From Candidatus Woesebacteria bacterium (GTDB taxonomy: Bacteria > Patescibacteriota > Microgenomatia > UBA12405), in assembly GCA_035450165.1 (NCBI GenBank), contig DAOTMI010000001.1:45888-109887 (forward strand): a stretch of DNA of 64,000 nucleotides. Direction: 5' to 3'. The translations under genes were made by a program, and so were the position numbers. The notes under the pieces are model-generated. The model ran no database searches. It had not been told where the DNA came from and saw only the letters and a list, made by a program, of their open reading frames with translations. Below, one piece after another: positions 38,153 through 46,638 of the stretch (position 1 is the stretch's first letter; the number at the start of each line of letters is the position of its first letter).

Positions 38153-39858
38153 TATTTAAGGATAGCATAGAGACGGCGTTTTGAACTGCCGGCTGACTCT
38201 TCCTTAATAATTTTGAATCGACCCAAAACACCAGTTCTTTTAACATGAGGGCCAGTGCAAACTTCTCGGCTGAAATTACCAATAGTGTAAACAGAAACTA
38301 CGGCTGGATATTTATCACCAAAAACAGCCAAAGCACCCGATTTTTTCGCTTTGATTAGGGTCATATTTTTACTGACAACTGGTAAATCAGCCTGAATCAT
38401 TTGGTTAACCAAATTTTCCACTGCCAATATCTGTGCCGAAGTTAACTTTGAGGGATAAGTAAAATCAAAACGCAGTCGTTCAGGGGTAATATTGGAACCA
38501 GCTTGATGAACCTGATTACCCAAGAGCTGTCTTAAACCCGCTTGAAGTAAATGGGTGGCTGTGTGATATTTTGTTGTCATCTCGGAATTATCCTTTAAAC
38601 CACTTTTAAACGCCCCCCGATCAATGGTTTTCGATTTTCGCTGATGTTCCTTTCCAGCTTGATCAAATTCATCTTTATCAATAACTATACCCAATTCTTC
38701 TTCGATTAACTCTAAAGGAAAGCCATAACTTTCATAAATTTTAAAGGCTTCCTTGCCCGTCAAAGTCTGGTAATGTTTTAATTCTTTCAAACCTAATTCT
38801 AAGGTCCTTTTAAATCTCTTTTCTTCATCCTGGACTACGTTGATAATATCGGGATTATTTAATTCATCGTAGTTATCTGCATAATTATCACGATTATCAA
38901 TAACAGCCTGGACGATTGGCGTTAAACTTTCAATAGCCAAACTTTTGGCTAATCGGACTGATTTTCGAATTAAACGGCGAAGGACATAACCGCCTTCTTT
39001 ATTACTTGGTTCAATGCCATCGGCAATGAGAAATACTACCGCTTTTAAATAATCAGCTATGATTTGAACCGAATTTAACGACTGATTTTCCCCTTTCCTT
39101 AAGACTTCGATTGTCTTAATAATCGGTTGCCAAACAGAAGTTAAATAATCATTATTTTTCCCATCTAAAGCGGCTAAAATCCGTTCGACCCCCATGCCGG
39201 TATCAACATTTTTCAGACCAAGATCTCGATAATGACCTTGGCCATCAGTATAATGATCCATAAAAACATCGTTCCAAATTTCAAGGTAGCGGCCAGATTT
39301 TTCCCCGATCACAAAGGGAACCTCAGGCTGATTTGACTGAAGATCAATAAACATCTCGGTATCGGGGCCGCCTGGACCGGCTACACCTTCCCGCTCCCAC
39401 CAATTAGTTTTTTTTCCCAGAGTTACTAAATGATTTTCGGGTATTCCTAATTTTTTCCAAATTTTTGGTGTTTCTTTATCAGATTGATAAACCGTTACCC
39501 AAATAAAGCGAGGATTAAACTTTAAAATTTGGGTTAAAAATTCAAAACTCCAACTGATAGCCTCTTCTTTAAAATAATCGTTTAAAGACCAATTGCCTAA
39601 CATTTCAAAAAAGATATGGTGTCGACCGTCACCGACGCTATTAATATCGCTTGTCCGTAAACACCGCTGGAGACCCACTAAACGCTTGCCTAAAGGATGG
39701 GGTTGACCCATTAAATAAGGCACCAGAGGATGCATGCCGGCGGAAATAAAAAGAGTAGAAGAATCGTTCTCGGGGATAAGGGAAACATTGGGAATTTCCT
39801 GATGACCTTTGGCTTTAAAAAAATCAAAATACTTCTCTTTTAACTGCCGAGCTTTCAT
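38152..39858 (-). CDS. alaS: Alanine--tRNA ligase (lacks C-Ala domain)
   Basis: LFISAGMHPL, FEMLGNWS, DTGMGVER, HTATHLL, CTGPHV editing motif. Confidence 0.96.
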   Translation of the reverse strand: MKARQLKEKYFDFFKAKGHQEIPNVSLIPENDSSTLFISAGMHPLVPYLMGQPHPLGKRLVGLQRCLRTSDINSVGDGRHHIFFEMLGNWSLNDYFKEEAISWSFEFLTQILKFNPRFIWVTVYQSDKETPKIWKKLGIPENHLVTLGKKTNWWEREGVAGPGGPDTEMFIDLQSNQPEVPFVIGEKSGRYLEIWNDVFMDHYTDGQGHYRDLGLKNVDTGMGVERILAALDGKNNDYLTSVWQPIIKTIEVLRKGENQSLNSVQIIADYLKAVVFLIADGIEPSNKEGGYVLRRLIRKSVRLAKSLAIESLTPIVQAVIDNRDNYADNYDELNNPDIINVVQDEEKRFKRTLELGLKELKHYQTLTGKEAFKIYESYGFPLELIEEELGIVIDKDEFDQAGKEHQRKSKTIDRGAFKSGLKDNSEMTTKYHTATHLLQAGLRQLLGNQVHQAGSNITPERLRFDFTYPSKLTSAQILAVENLVNQMIQADLPVVSKNMTLIKAKKSGALAVFGDKYPAVVSVYTIGNFSREVCTGPHVKRTGVLGRFKIIKEESAGSSKRRLYAILK

Positions 39859-39908
39859 GAGGGCATTATACCGTATTTTTCCTCTTTAATAAAAGCAATT
39901 AGTTAAAC

Positions 39909-40136
39909 TTACTTCTTAATTTTCTTAGGTTGAGAGTTAAATTTAACCGAGGGTAAAGATTCCAAAAACTTGGTTAAAAATTTGCCGCCGACGCTGAATA
40001 AATTGGAAGCTACTGTTACTAAGCTGGTTACCTCTTTGACATCCTTCAAAATCCCAATCAGATAAATACCAGCCACCACAATCACCACCGTGACGGCAAT
40101 CAAGCTAATAATTAAAATAATCGAAGCGGCATCCAT
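39909..40136 (-). CDS. Small membrane protein
   Basis: N-terminal hydrophobic helix; TATACT 8 nt upstream. Confidence 0.65.
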   Translation of the reverse strand: MDAASIILIISLIAVTVVIVVAGIYLIGILKDVKEVTSLVTVASNLFSVGGKFLTKFLESLPSVKFNSQPKKIKK

Positions 40137-40156
40137 CTTGCGTTAGTATAAACTAA

Positions 40157-41575
40157 TTAAAGAGATTCGACAAGTTGATCAAGAGACGTCGGATAACGGC
40201 CGGTTAAACAGGCTGTACATAACTGATTTTCTTTTAAACCAATCGCCTTAGTTAAACCGGCTAAGGTCATATAAGTAATACTGTCGGCCCCAATATACGC
40301 TTCAATTTCGGTTATTTTCCGTTTATAAGCTACTAATTCGGCTGGATCTGGAAAATCGACTCCATAAAAACAAGGATAAATCAACGGGGGACAAGTTGAT
40401 AATAAATGAACTTCTTTAGCCCCTCGGCTCCTGATTCTCTGAACAATACCCCGGCTGGTTGTTCCCCGAACAATCGAATCATCTATCAGCAAAACAATCT
40501 TATCTTTAACCACACCTTCAATAATTCTCATATTACCGGCAATTTCTTGGCGACGAATAGCTTCATTAGGCTTAAGAAAAACCCGACCGATAAAACGATT
40601 TTTCTCCAAAATATCTTTATATTGATACTTCAGCCGCTGAGCAAAAGCTAAACTAGCCGGGCGGGCAGTTTCCGGCACTGGCGCCACAATAACCTGCCGT
40701 TTTCCCCGTGATAATCTCTCATATAGAGGACTTTGACTGTAAATTTCCGCCAGTACTTTCCCTAAATTCCACCTTACTCGATTGACGCTAATATTTTCAA
40801 TAATTGAGGTTGATCGGGAAAAATAAACCCATTCAAAAAAACAATGGGCCCGTTTTTTCCGGTTTAAAATTTTTCTCTGGCAATCTAAATTTTTGCTGAT
40901 AAAAATAGCTTCGCCGGGTCTGACGTTGCTAACCGAATCAACCAAACTCTCGATAGCCACCGATTCTGAAGCAAAGGCATAAGCTTTAACCCGTCCATTC
41001 CAGGTTTTCTTCCCCCAAACGAAAGGGCGAATTGCATGGGGATCACGAAAAGCAAAAAAACCGGCATTGCGGATAACCGCCACCACCGAATAAGAACCAT
41101 CCAGTTTTTGCATGGTTTTTTTAGCAGCGGCAAAACAGCGTTGGGCTATTGGCCCAGTTTTACGATTGAAATAGTAGGCAAAAACCTTCAAAATTGTTTC
41201 GGCATCACAATCAGAATCGCAATAAATCCGGCTGTTTTCAAGCCGCTGCCGCAGTGATTTCTCATTATAAATATTGCCATTGTGAGCTAAGGCAATTCCT
41301 CCCTGATCGAGATAAAAAGGCTGAGAATCCAGCTTGCCGGCAGTGGTCGGATAACGCACTTGACCGATACCCATTGACCCCTTTAAACCTTCAACTTTTT
41401 TCCAATTAAAAACTTCTGCTACTAGTCCTCGACCTTTGACTAAATAGACTTGGTTTTCATCAGTAGTAAAAATACCAGCGTTATCCTGACCCCGGTGCTG
41501 AAGATTTAGTAAGCCGTTATACAGGTCAAAACTGACCTGCCGACCCGGAGCGATGAGACCAATAATGCCACACAT
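40157..41575 (-). CDS. purF: Amidophosphoribosyltransferase
   Basis: MCGIIG Ntn Cys, LQHRGQD, AHNGN, CFFEWVYF, LIDDSIVRGTT PRPP motif, CTACLTG. Confidence 0.95.
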   Translation of the reverse strand: MCGIIGLIAPGRQVSFDLYNGLLNLQHRGQDNAGIFTTDENQVYLVKGRGLVAEVFNWKKVEGLKGSMGIGQVRYPTTAGKLDSQPFYLDQGGIALAHNGNIYNEKSLRQRLENSRIYCDSDCDAETILKVFAYYFNRKTGPIAQRCFAAAKKTMQKLDGSYSVVAVIRNAGFFAFRDPHAIRPFVWGKKTWNGRVKAYAFASESVAIESLVDSVSNVRPGEAIFISKNLDCQRKILNRKKRAHCFFEWVYFSRSTSIIENISVNRVRWNLGKVLAEIYSQSPLYERLSRGKRQVIVAPVPETARPASLAFAQRLKYQYKDILEKNRFIGRVFLKPNEAIRRQEIAGNMRIIEGVVKDKIVLLIDDSIVRGTTSRGIVQRIRSRGAKEVHLLSTCPPLIYPCFYGVDFPDPAELVAYKRKITEIEAYIGADSITYMTLAGLTKAIGLKENQLCTACLTGRYPTSLDQLVESL

Positions 41576-41701
41576 GAGTCAATTATAACCCCTCCCCTTT
41601 CACCAATCTCAATTGAATTTATTTTCCTTTCTTTACCCATAAATTATTTATTTTCTCAATTACTAACATAGAATAGTTGGGGCAAAATAATAATATACCG
41701 G

Positions 41702-42301
41702 TTATTTAAAAACAAACTCATCCCGGGAGACTTTCCCGGAAACAGATTGGGCCTCAACCACAATTTTATTGTCTTTTGGTGGATAATTTAAACTCTTACC
41801 AAAATGACCTTTTTCATCAACAACTACCAAGTCACCATTAATCTTGACCGTAGCATCATCAGCCGTTTCTCCCGATATTTCAACCGTTTCACTAGCAACC
41901 GGCAAAGACGGCCAATTGATCTTTAAAGGCGGCGGCGAATTATAGCGATAATATTCAAAAATTAAATAAGCGGCAAAAAGGAAAATGCCGATATAAATAA
42001 CACAAATAAAAGTGAATTGGGGTGTAAAGCTGAACTTCTCCCGGCGCCATGAGGCCGGCTTGGTTTTAACGTCAAAATCGCGGTGGAAAAGGGACAAAAT
42101 ATAGTCACCGTTCAGACCTAAATACTGGGCATAATCTTTCACCATCAACGAGCAGTAGGGTTCGGCTGGAAAATTTTTTTTATCTTCAGTTTCAAAAGCC
42201 TGAAGGTATTTGACTGGAATTTTCGTTTTCCGGGCAATTTCCTCCAGAGTTAATTCCTTCTCCAAGCGGGTAGTAGTCAAAATGCCAGCAGCTCGATACA
42301 T
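41702..42301 (-). CDS. RodZ-like HTH membrane protein with C-terminal Ig-like domain
   Basis: LTLEEIARKTKIP..LQAFE..YAQYLGL HTH, TM helix, VEISGET...VKING; follows ftsK. Confidence 0.75.
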   Translation of the reverse strand: MYRAAGILTTTRLEKELTLEEIARKTKIPVKYLQAFETEDKKNFPAEPYCSLMVKDYAQYLGLNGDYILSLFHRDFDVKTKPASWRREKFSFTPQFTFICVIYIGIFLFAAYLIFEYYRYNSPPPLKINWPSLPVASETVEISGETADDATVKINGDLVVVDEKGHFGKSLNYPPKDNKIVVEAQSVSGKVSRDEFVFK

Positions 42302-42334
42302 ACAATTTTAATTCAAAATTTAAAATTTTTAATA

Positions 42335-42369
42335 TCTATGACCAGCCTGCCGGACGGGCAGGTCTATGA
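42335..42369. repeat. Micro-palindrome flanked by 7-bp direct repeats
   Basis: TCTATGA-[CCAGCCTGCCGGACGGGCAGG]-TCTATGA, abutting the ftsK stop codon. Confidence 0.85.
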
Positions 42370-44445
42370 TCTAATTTGGCGATGGGGAATCAAAATATCC
42401 CGAGGTTTGGCTCCTTTCGACGGGCCAACAATACCTGCTTTTTCCAGTTGATCAATAACCCGAGCCGCCCGGGCATAACCCAAGTTAAGTCGGCGCTGTA
42501 AAAATGATGAGGAAGCTTGACCACTCTCAGCAATCAATTTAACGGCTTGATCAAAAAGAGCATCCCTCTCCTCACCATCAACCGAAACAATATTTTTGCC
42601 GGCCGTACCCTTACCGGTAACTGGTTGGCTGACAATCTCATTGTTATAATTCGGTTGTTGTTGAGATTTGACAAACTCAATTAATTTATCCCGTTCTTTA
42701 TCAGAAACAAAGCAACCCTGAACCCGAATTGGTTTAGCCAATTCAGGGGGAATATACAACATATCACCCCGGCCAAGTAACTTTTCCGCCCCGGGTAAAT
42801 CAAGAATTACCCGAGAATCCATCATTGAAGTTACCGCAAAAGCAATTCGGGTAGGAATATTAGCCTTAATTAGACCCGTAATCACATTAACCGACGGATG
42901 TTGGGTAGAAAGAATCAAATGAATTCCAACCGCTCGGGCCATCTGGGCAATTCGACAAAGAGCCTCTTCGACTTCTGTCGGTGAAGCCATCATAATATCA
43001 TTTAACTCATCAATGATGATAAGAATATAAGGCATAGAAACAAAACCGGCTTTTTCATTTAAAGTCTCAATATTACGAACACCAGCCTCGGTAAGTTGAC
43101 GATAACGGTTTTCCATTTCTTTAATTGTCCATTTTAGGGCTGAAATAATTTTTTCCGGCTCAACAATTACCGGTTGAAGCAAATGGGGAATATCATTATA
43201 AGGTGTTAACTCAACTCTCTTGGGATCAACTAAAATCAGCTTTACCTCCTCTGGACTGGCTCGAAAAAGAAGGGTGCAAATCCAAGAATTAATACAAACT
43301 GATTTACCTGAATTAGTTTGACCGGCAATCAAAACGTGGGGCATTTTGGCAATATCAGCCACCTTTGGTCTACCAGCCACGTCTAAACCTAACGGAACCA
43401 TAATTTTAGATTTACTTTGCTTCATTACCTCCGACTCCAAAATAGCCCGCAAAGGTACGACTTGAAGGCTATGATTAGGCACTTCAATTCCTACTAAAGA
43501 TCGGCCGGGAATAGGAGCTTCAATCCTAACCTGACCGCCCGGAGCTGACAAAGCCATGGCCAAATCATTACTTAAGGAAACAATTTTAGCCAATTTTGTC
43601 CCCAAAGCTACCTCTAAGGCATACTGAGTAACTGAGGGGCTGTCGTTAATTTCAACTACTTTAGCGGTAATACCGAAAGAATCTAGAGTCTCTTCAATAG
43701 TCTTGGCATTCTTGCCAACATTACCCCGATCGGCTGGCGCCCCCAAACTGTTATCAAATAAAGTTATCGGCGGATATTGCCAAATTTGATTACTACCTAC
43801 CGGCACCGGTGATTTAAAGGGGGCATTAATAACATAATCTTCTATCTTTACCTGCTTTTCATCCTTTGTTTCGTCTTTAGGCGGTAAGGAAGAACCCAAC
43901 CGAGGCACTATTTTTTCCCTTCTTACCGTTGATTTAACTCCACTACCAACGGTATATTTTTTAATGGCTTTAAAAATCTTCACGCAAAATTTTACCAGCT
44001 GGGCAACATTAGTATCGAAAAGAATAACAAAACCGGCAATTAAACAGATAAAATAAACTATCGAACTAATTAGTTCGCCAAAGGAATTGATTAATAAGTC
44101 ACGGCAATAATTACCAACGATACCGGCTCGAAAAAGAGAAATCAAAGCAATAAACATGATTACAAACCCTAAAAAAATATTTGGTTCTTTCAGAGGAAAT
44201 TTAACTTTAACAAAAAGAAAGGCGGTAAGTAGAAATAAAAATGGAATAAAAACAGCTAAAAATCCGAAATAATTCTGTAATGTTAAACTAATTTTAGTCG
44301 GTATTGGTCCGATTTCTAAGAAAGAAAAAACCGTGATTATTGCCGCCATGAAAAAAAACAAAAACAAAATAGTCTGGAAAGTTTCTCTTTTTATTTTAAA
44401 AAGAGAAAAAAAACGGCGTTTTCTTTTTCTACCTCGTTTGGCCAT
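42364..44445 (-). CDS. ftsK: DNA translocase FtsK/SpoIIIE
   Basis: N-terminal TMs, RIEAPIPG, PHVLIAGQTNSGKS, IIIDEL, GAEKLLGRGDML, gamma domain LQRRLNLGYARAAR. Confidence 0.97.
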   Translation of the reverse strand: MAKRGRKRKRRFFSLFKIKRETFQTILFLFFFMAAIITVFSFLEIGPIPTKISLTLQNYFGFLAVFIPFLFLLTAFLFVKVKFPLKEPNIFLGFVIMFIALISLFRAGIVGNYCRDLLINSFGELISSIVYFICLIAGFVILFDTNVAQLVKFCVKIFKAIKKYTVGSGVKSTVRREKIVPRLGSSLPPKDETKDEKQVKIEDYVINAPFKSPVPVGSNQIWQYPPITLFDNSLGAPADRGNVGKNAKTIEETLDSFGITAKVVEINDSPSVTQYALEVALGTKLAKIVSLSNDLAMALSAPGGQVRIEAPIPGRSLVGIEVPNHSLQVVPLRAILESEVMKQSKSKIMVPLGLDVAGRPKVADIAKMPHVLIAGQTNSGKSVCINSWICTLLFRASPEEVKLILVDPKRVELTPYNDIPHLLQPVIVEPEKIISALKWTIKEMENRYRQLTEAGVRNIETLNEKAGFVSMPYILIIIDELNDIMMASPTEVEEALCRIAQMARAVGIHLILSTQHPSVNVITGLIKANIPTRIAFAVTSMMDSRVILDLPGAEKLLGRGDMLYIPPELAKPIRVQGCFVSDKERDKLIEFVKSQQQPNYNNEIVSQPVTGKGTAGKNIVSVDGEERDALFDQAVKLIAESGQASSSFLQRRLNLGYARAARVIDQLEKAGIVGPSKGAKPRDILIPHRQIRS

Positions 44446-45637
44446 ATTTCAGTATAGCATCATCAACCGGAATTATCTTGATTTTATTGCTATTTCGACG
44501 TTTTATTTCTATTCCGCCGGCTTGAAGACTTTTGGATGAAACAAGCCAGCGCCAGGGCAAACCGATTAAATCCGCATCGGTCAACTTAACTCCCGGAGTA
44601 ACTTCCTTCCGATCATCAAAAAGAACATTGTTCTCACCCAATTTATGGTAAATTTCTTCGGCTTTGGGATCAAGACCGACTAAATGAATCGGATAAGGCG
44701 CTGCTACTTCCGGCCAAATAATCCCCCGGTCATCATGAAAAACTTCCACCAAGGTCCCCATTAGACGGCTTGGTCCCAAACCATAACAACCCATTAAAAC
44801 CGGTCTTAACTCTCCCTGTTCATTGGTATAATTAAAACCGAAGGCAGCACTGAATTTAGTTCCCAGCTTAAAAATATTGGCGACTTCGATCGCCTTTTTC
44901 TCAACTAAATTGGCCGAATTACATTTAGGGCAGGTTTTTTGCTCTTCAATCAATTCCTTATTTACCGCCACTTGGCATTGATCACAAAGATAAATTAAAT
45001 CTTCACCGGTTGGGCAAATAGTCTGAAATTCATGAGAATATTTAGAAAAACTACCGCCGGAGGCATAAGTTAAAAAAGTAATTTCGCCTAAATTAAGGCG
45101 ATTAAAAATTCTTCGGTATGTCTCAATCACCTGATTATAAAACTTGTCCAAGTCTTTTTCGTCGGCATGAAAAGAGTAGAGATCTTTCATATTAAATTCC
45201 AAATTCCGTAATAAACCGGATTTAGCCCGAGGTTCATGCCTAAATTTTTCTTGAATTTGGTAAACAGCCAAAGGTAAATCCCGATAGGAAAAAACGTATT
45301 GCTGAACCAAAGGGGTAACAACTTCCTCATGGGTTGGATTTAAAACCAGCTGACCCAGCCGATAAAGAACAGTCAATTTATCGCGGCCGGTTTTCTGCCA
45401 CTTCTGACAAGAGGATAAAACCGGCAGTAAAATCTCCTGAGCCCCCAATTGATTCATTTCCTCCCGGACAATATTTTGAATTTTAGTCAATACCTGAAGG
45501 CCAAGAGGCAAATAGCTGTAAACACCGGCTAATTCCTTATTAATAAACCCGGCTTGAGTCAAAAGCTTGGCATTAATCGAATCGGCATCAGCGGCGATAT
45601 TTTTCGTTGTCCGGCCAAAAAGTTGAGAATAACGCAT
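44429..45637 (-). CDS. proS: Proline--tRNA ligase (no editing INS domain)
   Basis: GVYSYLPLG, PTHEE, KFRHEPR, MKDLYSFH, IFKLGTKFS, MGCYGLG. Confidence 0.95.
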   Translation of the reverse strand: MRYSQLFGRTTKNIAADADSINAKLLTQAGFINKELAGVYSYLPLGLQVLTKIQNIVREEMNQLGAQEILLPVLSSCQKWQKTGRDKLTVLYRLGQLVLNPTHEEVVTPLVQQYVFSYRDLPLAVYQIQEKFRHEPRAKSGLLRNLEFNMKDLYSFHADEKDLDKFYNQVIETYRRIFNRLNLGEITFLTYASGGSFSKYSHEFQTICPTGEDLIYLCDQCQVAVNKELIEEQKTCPKCNSANLVEKKAIEVANIFKLGTKFSAAFGFNYTNEQGELRPVLMGCYGLGPSRLMGTLVEVFHDDRGIIWPEVAAPYPIHLVGLDPKAEEIYHKLGENNVLFDDRKEVTPGVKLTDADLIGLPWRWLVSSKSLQAGGIEIKRRNSNKIKIIPVDDAILKYGQTR

Positions 45638-45654
45638 AAACTATTATAGCCCAA

Positions 45655-45774
45655 TCAAATTACTTTTCTGACCCGGAACAGATCACTCTTTTTTCCTTGG
45701 CCAAAATTTTTCATTTTTATTCGCCCTTCTTGACGGAACGATTGAATTAGATTTTGAAGATTTTTATCAGGCAT
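45655..45774 (-). CDS. Candidate small basic protein (39 aa), not in ORF track
   Basis: MPDKNLQNLIQSFRQEGRIKMKNFGQGKKSDLFRVRKVI*; TATAAT 7 nt upstream of ATG; fills the intergenic gap. Confidence 0.5.
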   Translation of the reverse strand: MPDKNLQNLIQSFRQEGRIKMKNFGQGKKSDLFRVRKVI

Positions 45775-45821
45775 AATCTAAATTATACCCGTCGGGGTAA
45801 AATTACAACTCTTTTCTCAAT

Positions 45822-46547
45822 TTAGAACCGCAATTTATACAATCGGTTTAATACATCTAGATTTTTCCTTCTCATAATCAAAGTTGCTTCTTTATCACCA
45901 GTGGTGTCTCCCGACCTATTTTCAATAGAGTTCAATAAAATTTTATAAGCTCTAGAAGCCAGCTTACTTCGCATTGGATTGTTTTCTTCTATTAATCTCA
46001 GTATACCGACTATGGTTTCCCAGTTTTCCCAGGTTTTCCAGGTTTCCCAGACTTCCCAGTTACACGGTCGACTTTCCTCCTCCAATTTCCCGCTTACCTT
46101 TTTCTCTATCTCAGCCATATCAAGAAAGTCTTCGGCTGCCCAGCAACGAGCCCAATCAGGATCAGAAAATTCTTTTTGATCTCTGCTACCTAAAAAACTT
46201 AAATTTTCATCGACTAAAATAGCATACTCCCTTTTAATGCCTGCCTCATTAGTCGATTTTATTCCCTCAATCATCCTATCGTTTAAAACAAACAATAAAT
46301 TATTTCTCGATTCAAACGGCTCTATTTTTCTAACCATTTTGAGTAAAACTCTCAACTCTTCAGGATTCTTTTCTCCTGCCGCTATTGGACCCTTTTCATT
46401 CTCCTCTACAATATCGCTCCAAACATCGTCAACTTTCTCACTGTATTCTTTACGACCAATCCAACAACATTCTTCTTCACTCCCCCTGAAAACAAAATTC
46501 TTTTCAAACAAAGTAGAAGCGGTTTCATTTTCTCTTTTTTCAGTCAT
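45822..46547 (-). CDS. Hypothetical acidic protein with Trp-x-x repeat
   Basis: Long ORF; likely ATG 46547; WEVWETWKTWENWET. Confidence 0.65.
   Translation of the reverse strand: MTEKRENETASTLFEKNFVFRGSEEECCWIGRKEYSEKVDDVWSDIVEENEKGPIAAGEKNPEELRVLLKMVRKIEPFESRNNLLFVLNDRMIEGIKSTNEAGIKREYAILVDENLSFLGSRDQKEFSDPDWARCWAAEDFLDMAEIEKKVSGKLEEESRPCNWEVWETWKTWENWETIVGILRLIEENNPMRSKLASRAYKILLNSIENRSGDTTGDKEATLIMRRKNLDVLNRLYKLRF
46014..46058. repeat. 9-bp tandem repeat x5 (GGTTTCCCA consensus)
   Basis: GGTTTCCCA GTTTTCCCA GGTTTTCCA GGTTTCCCA GACTTCCCA. Confidence 0.85.
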
Positions 46548-46599
46548 GTGACGTCTATATATCATAATAGAACAAAAAAGTCAACACAAGGTTTTCCAT

Positions 46600-46636
46600 G
46601 TAGAGACGTCCGCCTAGGCGGATGGGGGGATTTCTA
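46600..46636. repeat. Perfect palindrome TCCGCCTAGGCGGA nested in a degenerate GTAG-type REP-like hairpin
   Basis: 46609-46622 perfect 14-bp palindrome, preceded by GTAGAGACG, just downstream of the rnj stop. Confidence 0.7.
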
Positions 46637-46638
46637 AT

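Noticed and set aside
41329-41343. CCAGCTTGCCGGCAG inside purF resembling the type A palindrome
   Set aside because: It encodes the normal RYPT..QP segment with no length gain, so it is likely coincidental.
41576-41640. ATG at 41640 opening a short minus-strand ORF into purF
   Set aside because: Out of frame with purF, overlaps its promoter and 5' end, and has no recognisable motif.
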